The notes under the pieces are model-generated. The model worked only from the letters and a program-made list of their open reading frames with translations, did no database searches and had not been told where the DNA came from. From NCBI GenBank assembly GCA_032718475.1, contig JAUCBJ010002704.1, forward strand, positions 1 through 42,332: a DNA stretch of 42,332 nt. The letters are read 5' to 3'. Made by a program: the position numbers and the translations under genes. How positions within the stretch are numbered: the stretch's first letter is position 1; every line of letters begins with the position of its first letter. Shown one piece after another: positions 24,301-33,810 of the stretch. Source of the stretch: Nemertoderma westbladi. Taxonomy: Eukaryota; Animalia; Xenacoelomorpha.

Positions 24301-25576
24301 TAATCTGAAGTCCCTTCCATCAGTCGAAGAAGTCATTGAGGTCGCTAAAGGAACGGTAGAATGCTTAAAGAAAGGTGGATTTCGATTAACTAAATTCACC
24401 AGCAACTCCCGTGAGTTTCTGGAGTCGATCCCGGTAGAAGATCGAGGAGCAAAAGACATAGATCTAATAAAGGATGATCTCCCAGAAACTAAGACCCTTG
24501 GTTTGAAATGGGACACAGAAAGATATATCCTGTTTTTCCAACTAAAACAGCGAGATAATCCAGTTCGGACTAAACGGATTTGTTTAAGTATCCTGAGCAC
24601 TTATTTCGATCCATTGGGATTTATTAGCCCAGTTATATTGATTGCTCGGAGTTTAGTACAACAAATGTGGCTTGAAAACCACTCATGGGACGATCCACTT
24701 AAGGGAGAATTATTAAAGAAGTGGATGAAATGGGAAGATTCTCTACCAGCCATCGAAAACTTCATAATTTCCCGTTCATATTTTGGTCATGTTCTCCCTA
24801 CGTATTCATATCAACTCCATGTGTTTGGAGACGCCAGCGATATGGGAATCGGTATAGTAGCCTACCTAAGGGTGGAAACTCCGGACGGAATTAAAGTCGC
24901 CTTGGTTACCTCTAAGGCATTGATAAACAACAAGTTAAAAGTTCCTCGAGCGGAGTTAAAAGCGGCTCTATACGCTACAGCTATCGGCCGGAATGTAACA
25001 GAACAGATCGACTATCCTCTGGAGAAAACTGTCTATTGGACCGACGCTTTACTCTTGTTGGAGTATATAACCAATGAAGTCTGTCAGTTCAGCGTCTTCG
25101 TTACCAACAGAGTAGCTATTATACTCAGTCGCACGACGATGGATCAATGGAGACATTGCCCCGGAACGATTAATCCAGCGGACATCGCTTCCAGGGGGGC
25201 AACTCCACAAGAACTGGTAGATACTCCAGACTGGTTAGGTGGACCCGACTTCCTCTACAAAGAAGAAGAAGAATGGCCTCCTCATCTTACTACAGCAGAA
25301 ATTAGACAGGCCAAGGGAGCGGAGAAAGTCAAACCTAAAACTCAGGCGAGTAAATCGAAGTTATTCAAACCCACAGTGGATCTGTCTGTACTACTTCCGG
25401 AGACGACGCTTTGGATCAGAAACCCACAGCCACAAATAAACCCGTTGTGGAAATCCGTGATAAGGATTGGATATCTGGCATACCAGACGTCTCGCAAGGA
25501 CTCTCACCTCTTCTGCAGAGAGCGATACATCACTACAGTTCCTGGAATCGGCTCTGTAAAGCCGTTACATATTTAA
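21368..25576 (+). CDS. BEL/Pao Gag core, zinc knuckles, protease, RT and RNase H
   Basis: KFNGDEMKW..KLRFLIECLEG (DUF1759-like); CALCDGTHRLNMC, CYNCLRQGHQRRTC, CAKCGAKHHILLH; LLDSGS; YLTHHYV..RVVFDGS..SLNSELLPGPNL..DIEGMFLQV..YMDD; FGDAS..PRAELKA..WTDA..NPADIASRG. True reading likely shifts frame near 25354-25400. Confidence 0.95.
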   Translation: MAQESFTRQMARTEARQAVKVGEIIKFNGDEMKWLPFNEYYKDNIQNSVLSNGEKLRFLIECLEGSPKLMALKFIGHPDGLRQVWDTLNIRYGNRNNIAGYLYAKLVAPRKFISSGIIEFSDEIQEICRQLDWLGKSHEYQNAMVIRAVASTLPKGGVGTRWDKKVLYMMEQQRRDPTMADLMSFLDGEVKLQLLKLSREKTPENKVIEKPVARRKVTPVCYTDDGESQTSQGEDSGKDTDRSYYVNKMPKDQVNKFKSRTNDRREQVRKTPPTSPKIIQVRKPEEKASVHNVTQSKVSNIKPKCALCDGTHRLNMCDEFLKKSLTERREVMWDKRLCYNCLRQGHQRRTCYSDTRCAKCGAKHHILLHTEFERNSPSQVSDSKLHVQFSDVNDTDQSEMEGFYTDEFSDENESCYMINTTVYRALIYEKDTDIDLALTTSDRQPSWKAPTSNVGIREFPVVQVRVHGPKRSYVVNALLDSGSTGTFIDKELAEDIFAGQPKFRTKLNMSGIMQVWKSTVTADYYVGVLSTPQDELGEHSIRSVKMVAIKNFATTQADLYNWDEDESIQHLKIPRFQTDYPGVQILIGQNAHEALETLEKRPAQPQPLQVYAGRTRVGWYFTGPSRRTLMERLPKDQIYQAREWEVENSEFDDPTEGTPYSSDNDDIHQLFDEENAIDLLKESETWQNQVNLCQLLHPSERDDYNDELNDVIERYNAKTRDEHAVRFFTQEVVEPNSYDKALSVEEERAKQIQATTTRFLKDQGRYEIGLPFQKREPKFINNRPLAEKRIAQLHRRLTANSSAKEMYKTQLKKFISKGYAELVPEETPITERTYYLTHHYVPKPSKPHEVRVVFDGSALYMGQSLNSELLPGPNLLQSLLGILLRLRQYSIAFASDIEGMFLQVKALDRDRDSLRFLWWPEGDLNKKPVEYWMTIQAFGIISSPSNACSVVRTTADDNRDAFSKEVIDNIKRDIYMDDNLKSLPSVEEVIEVAKGTVECLKKGGFRLTKFTSNSREFLESIPVEDRGAKDIDLIKDDLPETKTLGLKWDTERYILFFQLKQRDNPVRTKRICLSILSTYFDPLGFISPVILIARSLVQQMWLENHSWDDPLKGELLKKWMKWEDSLPAIENFIISRSYFGHVLPTYSYQLHVFGDASDMGIGIVAYLRVETPDGIKVALVTSKALINNKLKVPRAELKAALYATAIGRNVTEQIDYPLEKTVYWTDALLLLEYITNEVCQFSVFVTNRVAIILSRTTMDQWRHCPGTINPADIASRGATPQELVDTPDWLGGPDFLYKEEEEWPPHLTTAEIRQAKGAEKVKPKTQASKSKLFKPTVDLSVLLPETTLWIRNPQPQINPLWKSVIRIGYLAYQTSRKDSHLFCRERYITTVPGIGSVKPLHI

Positions 25577-27171
25577 AGAGATGTTTTCACCATCACTACT
25601 CTGGGATGAAAACAAAGGATGATACCGCTCCAATCACATCAGTGCAGGTCCATGTTATTAAAGACCTCCCTAAATATAAGGTACCCGACAAGTTTCTGAA
25701 GGAGAAGATCAGTTATCAGGAGCATGAAGAAACCAACAAACAGATGCTGAGACTCTTACAATGCTATGAAGATTCCGATAAGTATTTCCTGTTGTTGAGA
25801 AATCCACAGATGCGCTTAAGGGATCGTTTCTCTAGCACAATGATAGATGGGTTGATACGTGTTGGAGGAAGGTTAACGAATGCCCCATTATCCTTTGATA
25901 CTAAGTTCCCCATACTCATTAGAAATCTTGAAATACAAGTCAAGATGATTGTAGATGTTCACAGCAAACTTTATCATGCTGGTAGAGAACGAGTTCTTAG
26001 CGAAATTCGAACTCGCTATTATTTTTATAAACCCCGTAGAGCTCTGAACCAAGTTCTTAGGAACTGTATACCCTGTAGGAAAGCATTCAGTAGGCTTTTA
26101 ACACAGCGAGAGGCAGAATTACCTAGGGAACGAGTAAGCTTTTATGAACCACCCTTTACTAATACCGGTGTGGATTTATTTGGCCCTATTGAAGTATATC
26201 GTGCTAGGACTATAGTCAAGAGATGGTGTGTAATCTTTGTTTGTATGACTTGTAGAGCCATCCATCTCGATATGGTGAACGATTTATCTACCAACAGCTT
26301 TCTATTAAGCTTACGACGACAGATCGCTCGCTTTGGCACGAGTAACACGATGAGATCTGATAAGGGAACAAACTTCATTGGTGCCAACAATGAAATCAAA
26401 GCTTACGTCAAAGATTGGAACCAAAGACAGGTGGACGACCAACTACGAGTAACAGCGTCTAGTTGGACCTTCAACGCCGCCGACGCCCCTTGGTGGGGAG
26501 GAAGTTGGGAGAGATTAATAAGAAGCGTGAAGACAGCATTTCATTTTATAGTGCCTTGCCGCGCTTATCTCACCGACGAACTTTTGCGGACGTTAATGGA
26601 AGAAATCGCCGCCTATCTCAACGAGAGACCGCTTATGCCAGTCTCATCGAGTCCCGATTCCCTGGAAGCGCTAACACCCGCGCACTTCCTACTAAAGAAA
26701 CCTGTAGCCATGCTCCCACAATCGGAAATCACAGACGGAGACGAATACTGCCGACAAACTTGGCAACTCATGCAGTTGTTATCCCGTCGTTTCGCTGACC
26801 ATTTCGAAAAACATTATCTGCCCACGCTACAACTTCGAACTAAGTGGTTTGCGCAGCAAGAAAACGTTAGCGCTGGAGACATGGTTCTTATTGTGGATGT
26901 AGATCTTCCACGTAAGAGGTGGCAGACAGGTCGTATAATCGAGACACACATCTCGGATGACGGTTTGGTGGGATCGGTAGAACTCGTCGTCATGCGACGT
27001 AACTTCAAGAAACCGGGAATTGTCTTCGAGACGCAGCAGCTCAATCGCCCAGTGGGACGTTTATGTTTACTGGAAAGAGACAGAGAACTCTCCGGAAACT
27101 ATGGGAGACAAGATACTCTTCCCACGACCACCTCCCTAATCCAACAAACATCTAGGGACTCCCCAACTTAA
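25354..27171 (+). CDS. BEL/Pao integrase, in the -1 frame relative to RT/RH
   Basis: Frame open from 25354; YSSWNRL, GLIRVGGRL, H..H..CIPC zinc finger, GVDLFGP, SDKGTNF, WGGSWERLIRSVK, LNERPL, LTPAHFL and a DUF5641-like C-terminus. Confidence 0.95.
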   Translation: MEVIQTHSGSVCTTSGDDALDQKPTATNKPVVEIRDKDWISGIPDVSQGLSPLLQRAIHHYSSWNRLCKAVTYLKRCFHHHYSGMKTKDDTAPITSVQVHVIKDLPKYKVPDKFLKEKISYQEHEETNKQMLRLLQCYEDSDKYFLLLRNPQMRLRDRFSSTMIDGLIRVGGRLTNAPLSFDTKFPILIRNLEIQVKMIVDVHSKLYHAGRERVLSEIRTRYYFYKPRRALNQVLRNCIPCRKAFSRLLTQREAELPRERVSFYEPPFTNTGVDLFGPIEVYRARTIVKRWCVIFVCMTCRAIHLDMVNDLSTNSFLLSLRRQIARFGTSNTMRSDKGTNFIGANNEIKAYVKDWNQRQVDDQLRVTASSWTFNAADAPWWGGSWERLIRSVKTAFHFIVPCRAYLTDELLRTLMEEIAAYLNERPLMPVSSSPDSLEALTPAHFLLKKPVAMLPQSEITDGDEYCRQTWQLMQLLSRRFADHFEKHYLPTLQLRTKWFAQQENVSAGDMVLIVDVDLPRKRWQTGRIIETHISDDGLVGSVELVVMRRNFKKPGIVFETQQLNRPVGRLCLLERDRELSGNYGRQDTLPTTTSLIQQTSRDSPT

Positions 27172-27725
27172 AATGGCTGGAGTGGGTGTGTGACCATATT
27201 ATTTTATATTTGTATTTGTTTTATTTTTATATTTATGTATGTATTATTATGTAATTTTATTTTAATCGTTTTATTTAATTTTATTTAGTAACATGTTATT
27301 TTAGTGATCATTTAGTAGATTAGTGCAATATACTAGTGTTTATTACGTACGTAATTACTTATAATATATATTTAGTGCGACGGCGAGAAATAATTATTTT
27401 TCTCTTTCCTTACTGCCCGTATTACATTATCAATACGTGACTACAGTAAGATGAAATCTTCGTACTTATTAAAGTACAATAAAGCCACTACTATATTCAA
27501 GTATTATTGGTAGGCAGAGTATTAGGAATGCAAAGTTCAGATCCTCGTGTCTCGGCTAAACCAAGCTCTGGGTAGACCTTGGAAACGACTTGCCTCTTCA
27601 CACTGACATTGCTTCGTGCGATATTGCTCTCATACCGTATATTAAATAATACATATAGTAGCGTGATGTCCCTTTAACAGTAGCGTATAACGCAAATAAA
27701 TCTGTTAAACCCTTTGACCATCTGC

Positions 27726-27992
27726 AATTCTAGTCGATTAAGATATCGCGGCACCCACCGAATTACTTGAAAGACAAAATTCTAGAATCAATGGTTAACG
27801 TCCCCAGACAAGTTCTGGAATAAACTGGTGCCCATCCTAAATATTAATTATTAATATTTACAAAAATCTGTCAAATATCAGATCCTTTAAAATTCTAGTC
27901 GATTAAGATATCGTAGCACTTACCGATACTCTTAAAAAGACAAAATTCCTAGAATTAAGGATCCTATGTCCCCAGACACATTCTGGAATAAA
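27726..27992 (+). repeat. Duplicated ~100-bp structured unit in the post-pol region
   Basis: AATTCTAGTCGATTAAGATATCG...GACAAAATTC(C)TAGAAT...GTCCCCAGACA..TTCTGGAATAAA at ~27726-27825 and ~27891-27992. Confidence 0.8.
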
Positions 27993-28815
27993 ATTGTGTC
28001 TATTTAACTATCAAATAATAAAATTTACGGGAATAAATTTAAATTCATATATTTAAATGAATTTAATAAATTGCAATTTTATGCAATTTATAACATTCCC
28101 AAAATTCCATTAATTAATAGATCATGGGAGCGGAGATTCACTCTATTAAGTGTATTTGTGTGCGAGAATCTCCAATGCATAGTCAATAGCCGATAAAATT
28201 CATAGAATCATGTATAAAGGGGGTATTGACCATTAAAGAATTACTATTAAATAGCATCCCAGATCTGTATGCATGAGAATTACCCTAATTCTACCGCTAG
28301 CTCTCCATAATGTCACCATGGCAACTACCACGCTAGAATTAGAAGTGAGTTAAAAGAACAATAGAAAGCATGCCCCATTGGATAGCATAGGGAATAAATA
28401 GCGCACTGCTAGTATCCAAGGATACATAATAAATACAGTGACATTCTGGAAGGCACTGACTAACGGACAAATGGCCCGAATGTGTGCAGTTTGTTGCAGT
28501 TGTGTTGAATTTGTGCGTTTGTAGGTGAATGTTACTACTAAGGTGTGTTTACAGTAGCGAGTCGCAATTGTGAAAGTAACCCTAACTCTCCAAGAAGAAC
28601 CTGCAGTACATCTAAGCCTTTGGGACGGACAGTTAAGTGACTTGTGCCGGTTATCGTTGTCGTTGTGTAGCTACATCGTTGGCGAAAGCACAGCGATGAC
28701 GGTACATCGGCGCTGAGGATCTTACACTGTCCGGGGGCAAAAGAGGGGTAGGCAGCGACGCCCGCTAGCCTAATATATATAAACTCATTATAATATTGAT
28801 AAACTCATAGCAGAT

Positions 28816-29214
28816 ATGACTGAGTTGATAGAAGATGATCTTGGCATCAGGGAGCGATATACTCTACCTTTACAAGCGTTTGTCGATAGCTTGATACGCG
28901 GCGACGCTGGTCCAACTACTACGGAGGATGATGGTCGTTATATCGAACCGCCGATGTCCCCGGAGCAACTTACGCGTGAATTGGACTATAGAAAGTTCAC
29001 CGCTCGCTATACGCATCGTAATGGTACGTATATGGACTTCTTAACTACCGGCCACCCTATCGATTTACACGATACGGACGATGTGGATACCGAAAGGGAA
29101 ATGGTTTTATTTAAATATCATACCCAACGGAATCGGAACGATAAGCCAAGAATAGAACACGAGAACTCTATTCGAAATCAGCTCGAAAGAAAGAACGTGG
29201 ATGAAGGCTTGTAA
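28816..29214 (+). CDS. Accessory ORF, 132 aa, charged, unknown function
   Basis: ATG-initiated, protein-like composition, inside the LTR element; preceded by TATA-like TATATATAAA (~28774) and a possible acceptor TAGCAG. Confidence 0.55.
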   Translation: MTELIEDDLGIRERYTLPLQAFVDSLIRGDAGPTTTEDDGRYIEPPMSPEQLTRELDYRKFTARYTHRNGTYMDFLTTGHPIDLHDTDDVDTEREMVLFKYHTQRNRNDKPRIEHENSIRNQLERKNVDEGL

Positions 29215-30002
29215 AGACAAATATAGGAGAACCACTGGAGAAGAGACGTATGTTAATGTCCAGGGTCCATAATGTGAATAGTTTTCCCCGGGGCACGGGT
29301 GCTCGCGGGCGGTCTCCTTCGGGAGGCTGTAAATTTCTCTTCCCTCATCGTTTTCTTGTAATTCTTGTGATCAGTGTCACAATTAAAAGACAAGAATGAA
29401 TGATGACGTGACGGAAAACTGGTCCATTGTGGTATCTTATGGATACTACCCTATATCCTCCCTCCTCTTTACTCCCTTTATCCCTCTATACATCACTATT
29501 GAAAATACAACCCACTTCGTCACACCTTCTCTTCCCAATGCGCTCGGAACTTTGGGAGACGATCGACCAATCCTAGTTGTATCGTGGTATGAATCATACC
29601 GCCTCCTAATAAATCTCCCCACCCTTTACTGTTTATTTGTATGCTCATATTGGTGACCTCACCTCTTGTCCATGTACCATTCTGTTGATATTTATGATAT
29701 CAACTTCCACCCTCTCGTTGTTGATTAGAAAATCAACCACCAATGATTTCCTTAAGTCCACAACCGTGATACAAGGACTGAAAGGACACGCGGATAGTTT
29801 GTGAACAACTGGTACCATTATGTGTCATAAATCTGGTTGTTCACCCCCTAATCACTGGGGATAAATTCATTTGGAGATAGTCATCGAATGATGCAATCCT
29901 CCTACTGAGATCGTATTTCGGAATATTTCTGAATATGACATAGGTCTTCCCCTGCTCTCTACCACTACCATCAATGGAGACCTACAGAACGACTTTCGGA
30001 AT

Positions 30003-31778
30003 ATGGAGAACATTCCATACCCCTTCGTTGATACTCAGCTGATTGCTCCTTGGGCAGAAGGCCGAGGTTTCTTCCGCACTATGTATGCCAATACACCCAG
30101 CGGAATTACTAAAGTACAAAGAACCTCCATCGGACATCTTGCCTTTCAAGAATACGGATGGAATTTCAAGGTTGGAAATCCTATAAATTACCAACAAGTA
30201 TACGGAGATCATTATTCTCGTTTATACTTTGATGGACCATTGACCGCACCTGGCGCCGTGTATAGCTTTATGAGTGTTCCACTTCGTCCCTCCTTAGCTA
30301 TATACACGATCTTTGAAAACGCAGCACTTGCCGGTTGGCTAGCCGATGTGTGCAGTCGTACCATACGCGCCCATCCCTTAATACTTGGAACCAAACTCGC
30401 CAAGTTAGATGAACACAATAAATTCATCCGCTTTGAATGTTTCAGGCGCTTTCTGACTCCGTTCCGTAACGTTGATAGTCAGTTCAAGGACCGCGCTCTG
30501 ACCAAACTCAGCCTGAGAGACTCAGCGGCGGAGAAACTAAACAGCGCGGGATTTGCCCTTTTTCAGGACGTTTGTATACAGAACTTGCACTCATCTGTTA
30601 TACAAAGACCCCGAATACCCACGGGTTATTCTGTCGTCGAAGTTCAGACAGTGGGTCCGCTTGCGGAGACAGCCGCACCTACCTCAGCTATGCAATTGGA
30701 AGACGAACTAATATGCTTAGAAGCTGAATCGATTCAACCTACAGCACCCCGGAGCAGCGATAACGACTACGTCTTAGAGTGGTATCAAGGTCCACAATGT
30801 CTCACCGCATACGATTATCGACACGCTAACTATGTTTCTCGAAAACGTTGTCGATTATGCGCATCGAGAGACCATTTTACTCCTATGGACTCAGACGTAC
30901 CCTGTTCCTATTTCCACGAACAACCAATGATGGAGATATATTGTGCGTATTGCAGACTTAATAACTCTCATATTTTTGCAGTCTGCCCCCAATTTATGAC
31001 TCAATGCCACCACTGTCAACTTAAAGGAAATGCCAGTTATAATTGCCCCTTTAATCACGATTTAGAGAGCGTAGATGAAATGATTACCCTGCGCTACATC
31101 CGAGCTTGGGAAGCGAACGCGGATTTACATTGTGAGTCCCGTCATCGATACTACCCTGGACGCTCTTACGAGGGAGTTTACGCGTTCCATCCTTATTTAT
31201 TAGCGTCTGTGGAACAAAAAACACGCATACCGAGTTACGAGCTAATGAAGCGTGTTGGTGAGTGTATTTCCACTAAATTTGTTAGAAGATACCTTAGGAA
31301 CGTCAATCCTAACGATATTACTTCATACCATTTGATCAATTATATCCGTCAAGACCCTGAGTATGGCGACTTATTTATCAACTCGCACCCTGAGTTGCAA
31401 GAAGTATCTCGACGGCCCTACGAATATCGAGCCCGAGAACGCGAGCTGGAAAGAACTATTAAACCAAGGAAGTTTCTTACCACCCACGGTCCGCCTACCG
31501 CCATTGCCCAGACAACCCGTCAAGGACCCGTAGGAGCTGCTGTCCTGAGGCGCGCCCTAAAGGCTGTTAGACCTCGCTCCACGGAAGTTGATATCGATCA
31601 ACCAGGTACCTCGACCGGCGGATACACCGATCGCAATCCGACACCTTCTGATGCAATTGTATTGCACCCTTCACCCAGGAGTTACAGCCCTCCTAGTAAA
31701 GTGGCTCGCCCCAAAGAGAAAAGGACTCTTGCTAGCCTCAAAAAACTGCGTAAACGCCGTCCGCGTAAGAAAGACTAA
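30003..31778 (+). CDS. Accessory ORF, 591 aa, three Cys/His knuckle-like motifs and basic NLS-like tail; not Env
   Basis: CRLCASRDH..C, CAYCRLNNSHIFAVC, CHHCQLKGNASYNC; C-terminal KKLRKRRPRKKD; no evident signal peptide or TM helix; frame open from 29892; ends 78 nt before the 3' LTR. Confidence 0.85.
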   Translation: MENIPYPFVDTQLIAPWAEGRGFFRTMYANTPSGITKVQRTSIGHLAFQEYGWNFKVGNPINYQQVYGDHYSRLYFDGPLTAPGAVYSFMSVPLRPSLAIYTIFENAALAGWLADVCSRTIRAHPLILGTKLAKLDEHNKFIRFECFRRFLTPFRNVDSQFKDRALTKLSLRDSAAEKLNSAGFALFQDVCIQNLHSSVIQRPRIPTGYSVVEVQTVGPLAETAAPTSAMQLEDELICLEAESIQPTAPRSSDNDYVLEWYQGPQCLTAYDYRHANYVSRKRCRLCASRDHFTPMDSDVPCSYFHEQPMMEIYCAYCRLNNSHIFAVCPQFMTQCHHCQLKGNASYNCPFNHDLESVDEMITLRYIRAWEANADLHCESRHRYYPGRSYEGVYAFHPYLLASVEQKTRIPSYELMKRVGECISTKFVRRYLRNVNPNDITSYHLINYIRQDPEYGDLFINSHPELQEVSRRPYEYRARERELERTIKPRKFLTTHGPPTAIAQTTRQGPVGAAVLRRALKAVRPRSTEVDIDQPGTSTGGYTDRNPTPSDAIVLHPSPRSYSPPSKVARPKEKRTLASLKKLRKRRPRKKD

Positions 31779-31847
31779 CTGTTTAGAGTATTTTTATATT
31801 TTAGAAACTGTGATTTGTTATATTTTATAGACTTAAATCCCATTTTC

Positions 31848-31856
31848 TGGGAGCGG
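31848..31856 (+). promoter_or_regulatory. Polypurine tract TGGGAGCGG
   Basis: Purine-rich run directly before the TG of the 3' LTR. Confidence 0.8.
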
Positions 31857-33025
31857 TGTAAAAGCTTTTGCGTCATTAACCGGTTATTTTCCCTTAAAGT
31901 ACTCTGTAGTTGGTTTGCCAGGCATAAAAAGGCCGTGTCCTTGCTGTACTGGTGTTTTAGAGGACATAAAAGTCATTTCTTCTGTATTTGTACTGTATTT
32001 GTACTTTAGAGGACATAATCCGCAATCTCGTGACGCGATAAGCTAGATACTCTTGAAAACAGTGTCGCTACCATGACGACGGCTAACAGCTGATATTGCC
32101 ACGTCGACATTTCTTTGTTTCTTTGTTCTCTAGTTGTTCGGTTGACCAATCAGAGCGTTTTTTGTCTCTGTGTTGGAGGTGTATACAGAACTCAGTAGTT
32201 CAGTGTGTTGTTTTTGCCCAGAGCCTAAGAACATCGGCTTTTGGCACCTCCGTATATCAGCATTCTTTAGCTTTACATTAGTAGGCTTAATTATAGAACG
32301 TATATCTGTTATCAATGCAATTCATACAAATCAAACCAATTATATGTAATTCATATCTTACATTACTGCTTTTACTGTTGGTTATTCGTTATATTTGTTG
32401 ATGAAATATTATATTGGAATACTGATCAATAGTCAGACACCCCACCTTCTTGATATACTAAAGGTTAGAGAGACCGGTTACAGATAAACGATTGCGACCT
32501 ATGTTGAGTGGTTTGAAGTGAATCTAATGCTATTTCATATGCCCAACATAAATTGTCTGTTGCTCTCTTTATACGTGACTAAATTTAGTGAAGGTCGGCA
32601 GATTAGTGTGCAGTATTGTGCAGCATTGTGTATGATTGTAACTGATAACAAAGCATCTCCTAAAGAATGCGCCATATACATAAATCTATAGCCTTTTCGT
32701 TGTGTCTGGTTTAAGTCATAACTCTGTTTACATATTTAGAGCGCCACGTCCTAAAGGAACTGTTAATATTTCCCGAAAGTGAATAATATTTGTCAGAGAT
32801 TATATATTACGATCAGTCGAATAATACGGTAGGCTTACACTATCAATCATTAAGCTCCGAACTCAGTCTCCCGGGTATATCCAACGGGTGAATGATTGCG
32901 CATAGACTGGCTTCGGCTAATGTAGTGTATCAAATACTCGTCATAAAGCTAAAGAATATATATCATCTAAAAGACATTCTAATTTTGGCAGGTTAAACTG
33001 TCAAAGGTCTTCAAAAGCGCAAACA
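31857..33025 (+). repeat. 3' LTR (1169 bp)
   Basis: Copy of 15678-16846, followed by the GAAGT TSD. Confidence 0.97.
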
Positions 33026-33030
33026 GAAGT

Positions 33031-33810
33031 CGAGGAAATCTTGCGAAGTACCTAACTGATCTAGACTTTGGTGATAATTTAGGAGTACTTTCAGAATCAC
33101 TATTTTTAGAGTTAACTTTGAAAGATCTCCACAAGTCTCTGATCGGATGAGCATAAGCTCAAAGGATGGTATGCTTGAGCATGTGGACGACTTCTGTTAC
33201 CTGGTATCATGGATCCGGAAGTCAGGTGAGGACCTTCGAATACGCAAGGGAAAGGCATGGCAGCCTTGAATAGGCTTTCCAGGATTTGGAAGTCACCGAG
33301 AATTAATTGGAAACTGAAGGTCCGATTATTTAGAGCAGCAGTAGTTCCAGTACTCCTCTATGGGAGTCCATGCTGGGCTCTAACTGCTGAGGACACAAAA
33401 TCTCTGGATGGCACATTCACAAGAATGCTACGCCGGGTACATTTTTTCATTGTGTCAAGTACAATGCACACATCTCCAACCAGACACTATATAACATTGG
33501 AGGTGTCTCATTGGTTCCCCCAAGCTCGGCACTAGAACAAAATCGCCTCCGCTTTACAGGACATTGCTTTTGCCGTGAGGACCAGCTAGTGCATAATCTT
33601 CTACTTTGGCAGCCTCATGGAGTGAATACGCATGGTGGACAGCCCATGACTTTCTTGAGACGCATCTTAAAGGACACTGGCCTTGAAGATGCGGATGATC
33701 TATCAAATGTCATGGGTGATAGGGAGTTGTGGCGGCGCAATTTTGTCGACAAGCCGGCACAGCATTCTTAAAAATGCAGCTGCAATGCAGCATGCCGATT
33801 CTAGTAGTAG
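33031..33810 (+). mobile_element. RTE-clade LINE, right part (RT C-half, C-terminus, 3' UTR, (TAG)n tail)
   Basis: Continues PPTGSRS with RGNLAKYLTDLDFGDNL (degenerate FADD); VDDFCYL, LKVRLFRAAVVPVLLYG, RLRFTGHC, LLLWQP, MGDRELWR; GCTGCAATGCAGC inverted repeat; ends CTAGTAGTAG. Confidence 0.92.

Larger units (their letters stand above)
15678..33025 (+). mobile_element. Full-length young BEL/Pao LTR retrotransposon, 17,348 bp, with extra 3' ORFs
   Basis: TG...CA LTRs at 15678-16846 and 31857-33025; 5-bp TSD GAAGT at 15673-15677 and 33026-33030; Gag-PR-RT-RH-IN order with BEL-type motifs; PPT before the 3' LTR. Confidence 0.97.

Noticed and set aside
19561-27044. Minus-strand and alternate-frame ORFs overlapping gag-pol
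   Set aside because: Short by-products of codon structure in the main ORFs.
29396-29656. 86-aa hydrophobic ORF in the accessory region
   Set aside because: Short and explainable by pyrimidine-rich composition; cannot be supported without conservation data.
30003-31778. env gene
   Set aside because: No signal peptide or transmembrane anchor; cysteines are in knuckle-like spacing and the tail is basic.
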